Assembly: GCF_006345805.1 (NCBI RefSeq)
Contig: NC_043018.1
Span: 4,402,001-4,466,000, forward strand
Source of the DNA: Octopus sinensis
Lineage: Eukaryota
Direction: 5' to 3'
Length of the DNA stretch: 64,000 nucleotides
How positions within the stretch are numbered: the first letter of the stretch is position 1; each line of letters opens with the position of its first letter. Positions 11,841 through 25,000 of this stretch are shown here, piece after piece. The translations under genes were made by a program, and so were the position numbers. The notes under the pieces are model-generated. The model had not been told where the DNA came from and did not search any database. It was given only the letters and a program-made list of their open reading frames with translations.

Positions 11841-13705
11841 CTGAAAAAAAAAACAGAAACAAAATGGACAGTTAGTATTAATAGTCAGATACATATGTAG
11901 ATTAAATAGGCATAATATATGAATATATACTACATGTAGAGTTTATAAAGCATGACATATCAATAGTTTTCATAAGTTGCTCAAAGATGAGGAAGTATCT
12001 ATAGCAAGGTCTGTTAAAGCTGCTCAGGTTAAAAGGTAAAATGTAGGCCATTTCCAACTACATGGTATATATTTTAGTGATTACAATCACTGCTAAATAC
12101 ATGATTTCTGTATTGATATATATGCACTTATAGTGTACATGGAGTACATACATGTAACATAAATGAAATAAATGAACAAGAAATGATCCATAATAAAAAA
12201 AAAAGGTGGGTGTCTACCATTAACTTCTAGCTGAGAAAAGATGCCCCCACCTCAAAATCATAGGTTGATCTGGCACCCGCCACACCCACTTCCGATCAGA
12301 TCTGACCTTGGTTGATACTACAAGACTAATGATAATGATACTGTCACTGCCCAATATGAAACAGTTTTGCAGGTGTCAAATGATGAAGCATCATATTGGA
12401 AATGAAAGAAGCTGGGGTCTAATTAGAATATGGGTAACAAAGCGAACTTTGCTGAAAGCACTTCAAGTCCAGCAGGGACATAAATCAGGCTACATTTTTG
12501 GCCTTAGGTAATAGATGAGTTGCAGCAGAGACAGTGTTTAATTGTGGTTCTTTAGAATTGGAAAGTTAGTAATTAGTCCCGTTCAGTGGGGATAAAATTG
12601 GATATGGAAATGATGTGACAATTATCTATTTCCGACCTGGGGAATTTGTATTCTGTCTACTGTTCATATTAGTTCAGGATGGTGTTCTCATCTTCATTGT
12701 TGCTTTCACTACATTTCAACTGTTGTACACTCCAGTCTAATTCAGTTATCTTGCGTTAATACAAGAAGAAGGCTGAAGTATGCACAACTGAAAAGTGAAA
12801 GCAATAATCAAGGTAAGGATGCCAGTCTGACTAATGTAAACAGTATACATAATACAAAGGATATCATCCTGGATTTTAGAATAAGAAAAGAACAACTAAA
12901 AAGGTTTGTATTAGGAGGGGTGTCTAGCTGTAAAACTTTGCTACAAGAAAGACTCTCCCACCACATACCAACATGGCAAAGTGGATGTAAAAATTATGGT
13001 GTTGACGATGATGGCAATAACAATGGTGGTGGAGACGATGAAGAAGAGATTTACACTAGTGTGCTCATGAGCTGAAGGACAAGACTAATGTTCTTTACGA
13101 GGGGGGGGCCCTTGATTCAGTCGGTGAATGGACTGTTTGAAAACATTTTTGAGAGAGCCTCTTCTTACACTGTCACATGACCTGCTAGAAATAGCAGCAA
13201 AAGTTCATTCTTATCACACTCCACCATCTTAAAAAACGGAGAAGAGAAACGTTTAAGTAATGTAGCCCTAAATGTGGTCACTCTTGAAATGCATTTCATC
13301 TTAGATCTGTTCAGTCAGAGTTGACCTGGCCTTGTAAAACAACAACAATGACAAGAAGGAGAAGGAAGGACATTAGCTTCCATCTCTTGTCTGGATAAAA
13401 TTTATTTCAGAAATTCAGGTTATTTGGTCAACATTTACATTGACAGACACTAAATTACATTTCAAAAAATTAGAAAAAAGGATTTTTGATGAAATAAAAA
13501 TGGAAATTCTAATGTTTTTTTTTTGTATTAATTACCTATAATTGTGAAAATTTAACATCATTGTTGATAAGGCAGTGTCAACAATGGTTATTATCATAAA
13601 TGAAAATGCAGATACAGTAGGAGAGGAAGGAAGAAAATAGGAGAGAGAGAGAGAGTGAGGAAGAGAGAGAAAGATAAAAAAAGAAAAAAGTGAAAGAAAG
13701 AGATG

Positions 13706-14345
13706 ATCATCATGATTATCATCGTTAAATGCCTGCTTTTCATGCTGGCATGGGTTGACTGAGGAGTGGCGAGCCAGGAGGCTGCACCAGGCTCCAATCT
13801 GATCTGGTAAGGTTTCTACAGCTGGATGCCCTTCCTAACGCCAACCACTCCAAGAATGTAGTGGGTGCTTTTTATGTGCCACCAGCCTGGGAGCCAGTCA
13901 GGTGGCACTGGCATCAACCACGCTCGAATGGTGCTTTTTACATGCCACCAGCAAGGGAACCAGTCAGGCAGCACTGGCATTGGCCATGACTACGATTTCA
14001 CTTGACTCAACAGGTCTTCTCAAGCACAGAATATTGCCTGACAATTGAAGGGTACTTTTAAATGGGTGAGTCATGTGACACTGGCATCAGTCACGGCTAT
14101 GATTTCACTTGGCTTGCCGGGTTTTCTCAAGCGCAGCATATCACCAAAGGTCTCGGTCACTCCTCATTGCTTCTGTGAGGCCCAACGTTTGAAGGTTGTG
14201 CTTCATTACCTCATCCCATGTCTTCCTGGGTCTACCTCTTCTACAGGTTTCCTCCACTGTTAGGGTGTAACACTTCTTCACACAGTTGTCCTCATCCATA
14301 TGCAACACATGACCCTATCAGTGCAGTTGTCTGTCTTGGCTGTCC
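13706..14345 (-). mobile_element. 5'-truncated RTE-clade LINE (RT C-terminus + 3' UTR, (ATG)n tail)
   Basis: Minus strand gives degenerate ...GHV..MDEDNCVKKCYTL.V....RGRPRKTWDEVMKHNLQTLGLTEAM.SDRDLW.YAALEKTRQAK*, a typical RTE C-terminus. Its 3' UTR is homologous to 32142-33055 and 33820-35068. Confidence 0.85.
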
Positions 14346-14871
14346 CTGAGTTGTACCCAAAGGGTAAGCTAAAGAAGATCAACCTGGCTTGGAGTACAGG
14401 GTAGAAAACCCCCTTGCCATATATGTCATTCTGAGTTCAATTCTGCTGTATAGCTGCTTGGGCTAGTGCTTTCCACCATAATCTTCAAATAAATCTGTCA
14501 TCAGGAGCATTCCAGCCATGACCATCCCATTTTTTAAATGGATGTAAGGAAGGGCATGCAACTACAGGAATCATGCCAAAACTGAGAGAGTAGAGCATGA
14601 CATAATCCTCAGATCTGTGAGATCTGGTTGAACTGACCGACCTATGTTTGAGTTTCCAAAGCCCCTATAGCAACCTGAACCACATCAAGGACCCATCACC
14701 AAAACAGGTAAAAAGGTAATAAAAGGAGGTGGGTAGCAATATACGTGAAAAAGGACAGAGTAAGAGAAAGAAATAGAAAGAGGAAGAAAGGAAAGGAGAA
14801 AGAAAAAGAGATAGGCCAGAAAAGTTGAAAAAAAAAAAAGAAGAGACCTAGTATCAATAACAGCAACTCAC

Positions 14872-14939
14872 TTGAATGTTGTTAACAACATAGGTTGTAA
14901 ATTTTTCCAAAAATCCAGGAGCCTTTTCTACAGCACCAA
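14872..14939 (-). CDS. VPS13: VPS13-family coding exon: (V)GAVEKAPGFLEKFTTYVVNNIQ
   Basis: 68 nt; ttttatttttctctAG acceptor, GTGAGT donor; phase 1 to 0. Matches the FxEKLxTxVIxNxQ motif. Confidence 0.93.
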
Positions 14940-15040
14940 CTAGAGAAAAAATAAAATTCAAAGATAAGTAGTAATTAATAAAAACATACCTTTAAAAATG
15001 AATATTTATTTTCAATGAAATAAGTATAAGATGTCAGATG

Positions 15041-15112
15041 TACCTTGCTACCAGTATCTACCTTGCTACTAGTATCTACCTTGCTACCAGTATCTACCTT
15101 GCTACTAGTATC
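15041..15112. repeat. 18-bp minisatellite x4 with alternating variants (36-bp higher-order unit x2)
   Basis: taccttgctaCcagtatc / taccttgctaCTagtatc alternate (differ at position 12, c vs t). Confidence 0.95.
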
Positions 15113-15144
15113 ATGTGATCCACAAGTTGAAGAAGCCTCTACAT

Positions 15145-15390
15145 CAATGGTTGTCAACTGGGGTCCATATGACCCTTGGAAGTCCATATGAGATTTTGTC
15201 ATTAAAGTTTATCTGCAACAAATTGGTTGCACTTCAACAACAAAATATCTTAATTTTTTTATACAATTCTTAATATTATTTACGTATAAAGATAGGATTT
15301 TTTAAAAACACCAAATGGCTTTAAGGATCCAGTATAGTGAAATAGGAATCAAAGGGGGCCAGAGGCAAAAAAAATGGTTGAGAACCACTG
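15145..15390. mobile_element. hAT-type MITE
   Basis: Termini caatggttgtcaact ... ggttgagaaccactg (CAGTGGTTCTCAACC-type TIR); degenerate 8-bp TSD ctctacat / ctttatat. Confidence 0.7.
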
Positions 15391-17735
15391 CTTTATATAG
15401 TCAACCAGCTTGCTAAAAATAGCAGCCAGATATCAATCAAATTTCACAGACACACCATTGACATAGAATAAGATGTGTTGGATAATGTGGCTGTTGGTTC
15501 TTCTTGAACATAGAGAAAAAATGGAATGGTCACAGCTGGAGAGCCTGTGATCGTAAGTCAAGTTGATCAACCATCATGTAATGTCATATAATCTAATATA
15601 ATCTTTCTCATAGTTAGGTGGTTAATAACTAAACTGCCCCCTCTTCTATACATATTCAGTTTAGTGGATTAGGAGTGTATGTGAGTACCCATCTAGATTA
15701 GAGGTAAAACCTGCTTAAGAGCAAAAGAGCTTCTCACAGAGAATCAAATGGTCAGCAACACTTGGAGAACAAGGATTGACACCTCTGGGGTATTTACTTA
15801 TTGGTACCCACATACAGTTGGGTACCTTTAACTACCTTAGGCCATGGGTTTTGAATGAATCTATAGTAAGACACTAAGACCTATCACAAGGTCCAGTGCT
15901 TGTTGTGATGTGTTGGCTTCTGCGTGTCTCAATATCCCTGAAAGCTATTCCAGTGGAGTACACATTCCTAGTAGGGTCTCCCAAACTGAACAGGTCAAAA
16001 TATAGAGGCCGTACTAATAAGGATCACCTCTTCTCAGAGGTTTGTGTAGAGCCACCACCTCAACACCTCGAAAAAAACCAAGTTATAGAAGCATCAAAGA
16101 CAGTTTAAAACTAATAAAACTTGGTGGGAGGAAGGCTTTAATTAAGCAGCAAAATCCACAAGGGAGCAGCAAAGCTGACCCCAACCTGCTTCTGCCCAAA
16201 ATCAAGAACATTGGAGCAAAGTCATAATGGATTATAATCCATAGGGAGCAAAGAGTTTTCCCAAATCTTTTGATTTGAATAGCTGTGTGGTTAAGAGGTA
16301 AACTTCACAATCATGTGATTCTAGAACCAATCCTACAGAGTAGTCCTCTGGTCTAGTGTCTTCTACTACACTTTTCAGGCAAACTTATAATCAGAAGCAT
16401 TCCAGCTGTGCCCATCCCATCTTTTATGGATATATAGGACTACATTGTCTAATATGTACTTTGCTTATTTAAAATTTTGATGCATAATACAAGGGACTTT
16501 TAGCTGCTATTTCTAGCAGATGTGGTGACCATATACAGCTCCTTAAAATGAATTGAAGTTCTGTTTCTAAATGCTTTCAATTTAATGATTTATTGCTCTT
16601 TTAATACAGACAGGAGAGTTTGTTGATGTCTAGTTGCTTTAGCTTTCAGTGAAATCTAATTGAACAAAGGTGCAGGCATAGTTGGGTGGTTCTGAGTTCA
16701 ATCCTATTGCATGGCACATCAGACAAATGTCCTTTATAATTCCCAGAGGTTAACTGATTACCTTATGAATAAAATCTGGAAGATGAAAAAAAAAAAGTGG
16801 CACTTGTCAGTTATGACAATGAATATTCCAGTCAGTCTGATCAATATAATAAACCTGATCATGAAATTAATGAACAAGCAGCTGAGCACTCCACAGACAT
16901 GTGTACCCTTAACGTGGTTCTCAAGGAGATTCAGCATGACACAAAACATGACAAGGTTGGCCCCTTTTGAATCACAGCTGCAACTCATTTTTGCCAGCCG
17001 AGTGGAGACTGGAACAACATGAAATAAAATGTGTCTTGCTCAAGGACACAACACACCACCAGGGATTGAAATCATTTCTTTATGATCATTAGGCTGAAAT
17101 ATCCTGACCACTAAGCCACATGGCTTCACTGTGTGAGTGTGCGCACACACGCACACACATATACAGGATGGCTAATGCCTTGTGAGTGATACTCGACAGA
17201 TGGAAACTGTAAAGAAACCTGCCACATATATGATTGTGTATACTTTTCAAGCCATTGACAAAGGCATTCAAGAACAATAATTGAACCAATAATTACAAAC
17301 AAAGCTAGAATAAATTAATGAGAAGAGATATATCAGAAATGAGAATTTAACAGGACAATTTATACGGGGAAACTTTAAATTAAGGAGTGGAATGTACAAC
17401 TTTCTGTAATTCAGACCACTTCATGGTCCCAGCAGACAAAATGGAAAAAGCATTGTCCTGGAGGATGGCAAGAGAGATGAGCTGGAACAGCCAGTCTAAC
17501 TCAGGGGCTTGCATGAATTTAAAGTACTTTGTGATAATTGAGTATTAAGTTACATCGCTTTATACCACAGGTAGACTAAACCATTCAATAAATATAAATA
17601 AACAAAAACAAAGAACTTGACTAAACTCTAGGATTAGTAAAATCAGCTCAAATCTTTCGAAAGTGGTGCCACAGGAGGGTGTCACAATCGAAAGACTGAA
17701 CCATTAAAAACAGGAAACAGTTATCAGCCACTTAC

Positions 17736-17927
17736 CAACATTTTTCATGGCGGATTTTTCAAATGCATCCAATATTTTACGTTTGGCTGCATTTTCATGC
17801 AATTTCTCTTTGACTGGGTCATAAGGACGATCAATAACAGGTCCAGCAAGAACATAGAGATCCTCAATTGTAACGATCCAGCTAGAAGAGAATAGTTTGG
17901 TCCAAGGAATGCTCAAGTTGATTTTTC
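17736..17927 (-). CDS. VPS13: VPS13-family coding exon: (G)KINLSIPWTKLFSSSWIVTIEDLYVLAGPVIDRPYDPVKEKLHENAAKRKILDAFEKSAMKNV
   Basis: 192 nt; ctttgtcttccAG acceptor, GTAAGT donor; phase 1 to 1. Contains the LxIPW and IEDLYVL chorein motifs; overlaps track ORF 17704..17916. Confidence 0.95.
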
Positions 17928-18039
17928 CTGGAAGACAAAGAAACCAAGGAACAGAAAATTAAAGAAGTGAATCAACAGTAAATACTCAATTATTGATGAA
18001 GTACAATTAGAGTATATAAAGGTATTAAAAGGTATTCAT

Positions 18040-18480
18040 GGGGTGGTGGGGAAATATGGGTGACAATTGTTGGGTGTAATAGATGAGACTTCGACAGATG
18101 GTGACAAACGGTATATGGAATGGAGACTTAACAAAAACAATGTTAAATGATAGTGGTGGAGATGGTGAGTAGTGGTGGTGGTGGTGGTAGTAGTGATGAT
18201 GATGCTGGTGGTCATGGTGGTAGTGATTAAGAGGATGGTAGTGTTGGTGGTGGTGGTGGTAGTGGTGGTGGTAGTAATGAGTAATAATAATGATGACAAT
18301 GATGGTAGTAGTAGCAGTGGCAGTGATGACAATCATGATTGGTAGTAATGATAAAAGTGATGATGGTTAAGACTTAAGATGGTGGTGGTGGTCGTGGTTA
18401 TGGAGATGATGAGTAATGATGGTGATGCTAGTTGTATTCATCATCGTGATGACTGCCATCCTGATTATCTTCATTGATTT
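18040..18480. repeat. Compound (GGT/GAT/GTA)n low-complexity tract
   Basis: Direct reading; source of the His/Thr-rich track ORFs. Confidence 0.85.
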
Positions 18481-18777
18481 GATGACAAACAAGATGGCGG
18501 GGGAACCATGTTGTTGAGAGAAAAAAGAAACCAAAGCAAAGAAATTTTGAGACAGAGACATATGTGTATCTTGATTCCCACACATACTAATAACTGGGGT
18601 TTTTCCCCACCAAACGCTTATTTGCCCTGATATTAGACTATTTTCCATAGCCAATACAGGGTGAATGCTTATAAGCTTAAAATTGCTTATCATCGTTATT
18701 TATAGAAATTTCACGTCACCTTTCTTAATTTAACACTGTATGTGTGTGTGTGTGTGTGTGTGTATGCATGTATATAA

Positions 18778-19110
18778 AGCTGGACTCAAAAGTCATCTTT
18801 GTAGTCATAAAACGAGACAGATGAGTGACAACCTGGCCACTGGTGGTGGTGTAACACACCATACTAATCATATCTGTCAGGCATGTGGAAGAGAGTGTAA
18901 TTCGGCAGGAGGACTTACACGACATGCAAAGGTACATGAAGCCCAGTTACAACTACAGCCAGCTATTACCAGTAAAGGTTTTAGTTGCCAATTTTGTACA
19001 AGACATTGTAGATCTTTAGCTGGGCTAAAAAGTCACATTCGATCACAGCACCAGTAACAGTTAAGCTTCGTGCAATGGCCATACTCGATAACAAGGGAGC
19101 AGCCATCATC
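18778..19110 (+). mobile_element. 3' end of an RTE-like LINE encoding C-terminal C2H2 zinc fingers
   Basis: CQACGRECNSAGGLTRHAKVH and CQFCTRHCRSLAGLKSHIRSQH, stop at 19057, short UTR ending in (atc)n then (tatg)n. No splice sites link it to VPS13, and it lies on the opposite strand. Confidence 0.65.
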
Positions 19111-19826
19111 ATGTACATACATACATATGTATGTACATACCCATGTATGTATGTATGTATGTATGTATGTATGTATGTATGAATGTATGAATGTATGTAT
19201 GCATACATTCATACATACATATACATAAACATACACAAAGGTAGAAGAGGGAAGATAGAGAAAGAAAGAGAGAGAGACAAAACCAGGGAGACAGAGAGAG
19301 GAATGGAGGGAAAAAAGAGAGATGAAAGAGGTTAGTTTTTAACATCTGACAATATTGAATTGAATTGGCAGCGATAATAAAAGAACATATTTATATATTT
19401 CTTAACTATTTTCTTATTCTCTGTATATTTCTCTTATACCATCACAGTCATTAGTGTGGGGTACAGCTGAACACCCCACTTGTTCTGGGATATCATCCCC
19501 TCTCCCTTCGTCTTCTGCTCCTTTGTCCCCTCCCCACCTTCTTTTTCTTTCCCTTTTCCTTTCTCTTCTTTGCTGTTCCTTTGACTTTGTGTGAATCTTT
19601 CAAATCTAACATTTACTTTGAATAAACAATAACTATGGCTTTGCTTTGGTCCCCAACTTTTGTTGAAGCTACAGGGACTTGGTCATAACATACAGCATTT
19701 CTTGAGGAATTTTAAACCTGGCAGAATCCATCCTTCTCCAACTGATTTCTTCTTGATTATATCGTAACATATTATATAATACTCACCTGCACAATAATGA
19801 TATAACAAATAATTTATAATACTCAC

Positions 19827-19869
19827 CCACACATCCACCTTTTACTTCAACAGGTAATCCAAATTCATA
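19827..19869 (-). CDS. VPS13: VPS13-family coding exon: YEFGLPVEVKGGCV(G)
   Basis: 43 nt; ttctttactttAG acceptor, GTGAGT donor; phase 0 to 1. Matches the ELxLPxxVKxGxIG chorein motif. Confidence 0.93.
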
Positions 19870-20443
19870 CTAAAGTAAAGAAAGAAAATTAAAAAAAAAA
19901 CATTAATATTGGTTTCAAGTTTTGGCACAAGGCCAGCAGTTTTGGGGCAGAAGGTAATCGATTAGATCGCCTTCCCCAGTGTGTAACTGGTACTTATTTT
20001 ATCAACTCCGAAATGATGAAAGGCAAAGTTGACTCTGGCAGAATTTGAACTCCTAATGTAAAGACAGACGAAATGCCACTAAGCATTTTACCTGGCATGT
20101 TAACAATTCTGCCAGCTTGGCGCCTTACACATTAATATAATATTGATATCATCTTTTATGTTTTATCCTTTACTGGTTTCAATCATTAGACTGCGACCAT
20201 GCTAGGACATCACCTTGAAGAATTTTTAGTAAAATGAATCGACCCCCCATTACTTGTTTTATTTCTTCTTTTGTTTTGTTTTAAGCCCAGTACATATTCT
20301 ATCAGTCTCTTTTGCTGAACTGGTGAGTTACAGGGACATAAACAAACTGACACCAGTTGTCAAGTGGTGGTGGAAGACAAACACAGACACAAAGACACAC
20401 GTACATATAGACATATGTGTATGTATATATATATATATATATG

Positions 20444-20770
20444 ATTATAATTAAGGGTATCTAAGAGATACCACCAAGCTAGATATAGCAGCCAAAACTT
20501 GACACATTAAATGGTTAAATGACAAGTGATACTCATTGTAGTAAATACTCCAACTCATGGGGTTCATTTCTTCAACAAGCCACTGTTATCTGAGTGAGCA
20601 TTTAATGTGGTTCTAGTGTCAAGTTTTGGCTGCTATATCTAGCATGGTGGTATCTCTTAGATACCCTTAATTATAATTTTAATAATAATTATTACCTATA
20701 AGGTTTTTATTCCCATACTGGCCACCTGATATGATTGGTATTTTAAATAATGATCTTATCCTTATTTATA
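20444..20770 (+). mobile_element. Fold-back element with ~62-bp inverted arms plus an unpaired ~90-nt tail (probable Penelope-like derivative)
   Basis: Arms 20444-20505 and 20616-20677 (one mismatch). Arms and tail are homologous to 41575-42170. Confidence 0.7.
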
Positions 20771-22017
20771 TAAACATATATATGTATGTATGTATGTATG
20801 TATGTGTAGATATATATAGATAGATAGACAGACAGACTGACAGATAGTTCTATAAATATATATGCGCACACATGCACACACACAAACACATACACACATG
20901 TGCAACGGGCTTTGTTCAGTTTCCTCTCTACTAAATCCACTCACAAGGCTTTGGTCAGCCCAAAGCTATAGTGGAAAACACCTGCCCAAGGTACCACACA
21001 ATGGGACTGAATCTGGAAGTATGTGGATGGGAAACTTCTTACCACACAGCCACGACCACGAGGCCACCCATTTCAGGGTTGAGTACAGCACATTACATTT
21101 GGAGTTCAAATCCTACAAAATCAACTCCACTCTTCACTGGTATTTTATTTTATTGCCTGGAGAGGGATGAAACATAAACATGACTTTGGCAGGATTTGAA
21201 CTCAGAATGTAAAGTTCTGTAACTAAACACTGCAAAGTATTTATTATCTTAAACATTGACTGAAGAGGAGACGTCTTACTATGTTGGATATGGTGTATAT
21301 GAAATGTGTGTCTGTATGTACATACATTTGTATATATACATAGATTAAAGTCCAGGAAGAGTAAAAAGATGGGGCATTTTCAATGCAGCACTCAGTCTGA
21401 GCTTGAGGCTATCTAAACTCTTGAATGGGAATCTCAAAGAAGATCGAAATTCTGTTGGTGTAGAATAATCCAGATGTCAGATCAGTAAATCCAATGTGAA
21501 GAGTAAAATATAATCCAAATACAATAAAGAAAGTGTATAGAGCATCTTTAATGACTAGTTACAACTGTTTCCATATCAATTCTGGTTTCAATAGCCTTGC
21601 ATGCAAAAGTTCCATGGGAAAAGTTACATAATATTTGCAATTTTAAACACTAGAGCAGGACTTCATCAGACTTTCGTCTGAATGGTACCAAAACTGGTCA
21701 TTAAAGACGTCCTGCAATCTTTCTTTGTCTTCTTAATGGATTGTATTATACATGTGTATATATATATATATATATCATCATTATTTTAACATCCACTTTT
21801 CCATGCCCTCATAGGTTGGACAGAATTTGTTGAGGCATATTTTCTACAGCCCGTTGCCCTTCTTGCTGCCAACCCTCTCTTTCCAAATAAGGTAATATTT
21901 CTCATTGTCAGGCAAGCTTTCAGGATAGACTGGAAACAAAGAACACTACTTGCATAATGGTGACACCCATCAAAAGATGTCAAGGCAAAGAGGCACAAAC
22001 ACACACACACATTCATG

Positions 22018-22059
<42 letters not shown>

Positions 22060-25000
22060 TATGTGTGATGGACTTCTTTCAGTTTCCATCAACCAAATCC
22101 ACTCACAATTCTTTGGTCAGCCTGGGGCTGTAACAGAAGATACTTGCTAAGGAGATTTAGGGTTTCAAAGTTTTGCAGTTGTAGACTTTGGGTAGAAGCC
22201 ATGCCAGGTAAAGGTAGTTTATAAAGTAGTAATGAACCCAAGCATATACCTGTTCCTACAACTACAGAATTCATAGTCTGATGAGGCAAAGCATTGGTGA
22301 ACCTTTGAAGTCTGTGTCAAACTTTTCCTTGTGTGTTTTTCTCAAAGTGGGTGCTGTGGAACAGCAGGTCGTAAGAAAAATTCACCAGTTTTTAAACTTT
22401 GGTTTTCAATGGATAAATTCTCTATCTAAAACAATTTCTGTTTGATATACTTTTTAACATTAGGGTGCGAAAAATATCTAAGAATTCCTTGTCAATTTTG
22501 GAACCATTTGATCCTCAGAACCTACTTAAGGGGTCTAAGCCAATGAGAAAAAGTCTGCCAGCAAAAAAAAAAAGAAAGAAAAAAGAAAGGCTCCGCCTGA
22601 AGTTAAATCTCTCACAAATGTGAAGGGTACATTACATAATGGTACGTTCCATATCACCACTATGATAAAGAGAATAAGTAGATAACAAGACAGGATGGCC
22701 ACAACTGGAATGTCTTTGTTCATAGGTCTTCCCAATCATGGCTTATCTTAGAGCTGAACAAAAACAAATAGAGGGCAATTGATCTAACGATAGAGCCTCT
22801 ATATGGCTGCTGAACCTGCTAGAAACAGTAACCAAATCTCCTTCAAATTACACACTACCTGTCTTGAAAAAAGAATGGCACATTGGATAATGTAATCCAA
22901 GAAACCCAATGCTGAGAGAGGGACAGGTGAAAACGACTGGCACGGACACAAACTACAAACTTCAAGCTATTTCTCTCATCTCTTATTGACTTCACCTTTT
23001 AGCATTTAAACCAGCCATATCCAACCAAAATATTCTACCTGTTGTAATGTTCAAACCATCGACCCTAAAATGTCCATGTAAAAAGAAACAATCAATTCAT
23101 CAAAGTCTCACGGCTATGAGGTGAAGCATGATTAATACAAAAGTAGATAAGCATTATATTTGAGAGAATAATCTGACGACTTAAGGTTAACTCCATCTAC
23201 AATATGCACTTTCTCACCAAAATCAAGATTAAGATTAGGAGTACATTTACAATAATGGTGTAAAGTTTTCTCCCATTTACTTTTATTTAGAAAAGTAATG
23301 ACAACAAAATGTAATCAAAATCTCTTATTTCAATTATTTATCTTTTACATGTTTCAGTTGTTTGACTTTGTCTTGAAGGATTTTGGTTAAACAAATCAGC
23401 TCCAGAACTTTTTTTAAGCCTAGAACTTATTGTATTAGTCTCTTTTGCTGAACCACCAAGTTATGAGGATGTTAACACACCAATACCAGTTGTCAAGTGG
23501 TAGTGGTGGGGGACAAAAATAGACATAAGCATACACAAGAAGATATATACATGTATATGTCTATGATGAGCTTCTTTCAGCTTCTGTTTATCAAATCTAC
23601 TCACAAAGCTCTGTTTGGCCTGAGGCTATAGTAAAAGACACTTGCTCAAGGTGCCACACAGTGGGACTGAACCATGCGGATGAGAAGCAAGCTTCTTACC
23701 GTGCATCCACACCTGCACCTAACAATAAAATTTAAAAAGTAATTAACTTCAGAGAAGCTTTATCCATCGCAGAAACAGCAGAAGCTGCTCTTCTGATGAT
23801 GACTAAACTATCAGAAAGTTGGAAACCCTTCCATATCATCAGAGTCACAAGCATTTCACTGTTTAATTGTAAGCTGTCCCTGAGTTGGGTAGTGAGGACT
23901 GTGCTCTCTTGTCAACCACAGTCTCTCGAACAGGTTTCAGCTGGCATATCTATCCAAGCAAGGTGTCTGGGGGAGCTTCGGAATATTCTGGGAGGGAACT
24001 AATTTGTAACAATGCTACAGTGGAGATTTGAAATAAGTGTGTTCCTGTAAATGTGAGGGTGCATCATTTAACAGCGAGGGGGTAGTGCCATCCAGTGCAC
24101 CCCCTTAGTGATGGGCATGTGCCTATCTCCTTGGTGGCTTTCTTCAGTTGTTTATTACAACAAACAACTGAAGAATCTCCCCTTGTAGTAAATGTATAAC
24201 ATGACATGTTATACATAGTATTCTTGACAAGCTGGAGCAATTGTTAGCATGCCAGACAAAATGCTGCTAAGCATTTTGTCTGCGTCTAAGTTCTGATTTC
24301 AAATTCTACCAAGATTGTCTTTGCCTTTCATCCTTTCTGGGTCGATAAAAGAAGCACCAGTTGTACACCAAGATTAATGTAATCATCTTAGCCTCCCTCC
24401 CCAAAATTTCAGGCATTGTGCATATAGTAGAAAGGACAATTATAAGTTTGTGAAAAAGATTTAAGCCCCGGTGTCATGATGCATGTTATACGTAGCAAAA
24501 TGCGATATGTGGACTTTTAGGATATCTATACTGTGTCAATAGAGCAAAATAACCTAAGACCAGATTTGTAAGGCAAAGTACAACATCTGCTTGGTGTTGT
24601 TTAGCCCAAGGTCAATCCTGACTGAACAGAGCTATGATCAGAATCAATCCAGCCATTAAGAGCTTGAACCACATTATCCAGTATGTCCTTTCCTTTTTAA
24701 GACAGTGTGGAGTAATTTGGAGGAGATTTGGCTGATATTTCTAGTAGTTTGAGCTGATGTGTAATGACTCCACATTGGCTTATCTGGATTTGTTGCTGTA
24801 TTTTAACATCACAAAGAACATCTCTATTTTGGTGAAGTTGATTGACAGAACTAAGAAATAACAAAAATAAAAATACAAAAGTAAATGAAGAAAAAAAAAC
24901 ATTATTGTTCAGAATAAAATATCTCTATTTATCAGAGTTGTACCAAACAAATATCTGATTGAATATTCAAAGAGTGATTCACAAACTTTATGCACCATTT

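Noticed and set aside
15640-16260. Possible decayed 5' UTR of a LINE
   Set aside because: The resemblance is only impressionistic and no coding motif confirms it.
16711-17022. 103-aa plus-strand ORF and an overlapping acidic frame
   Set aside because: No recognisable domain or splice context; length within chance expectation.
24140-24175. 14-bp perfect hairpin ttcttcagttgttt / aaacaactgaagaa
   Set aside because: Short and isolated; no second copy or family link seen.
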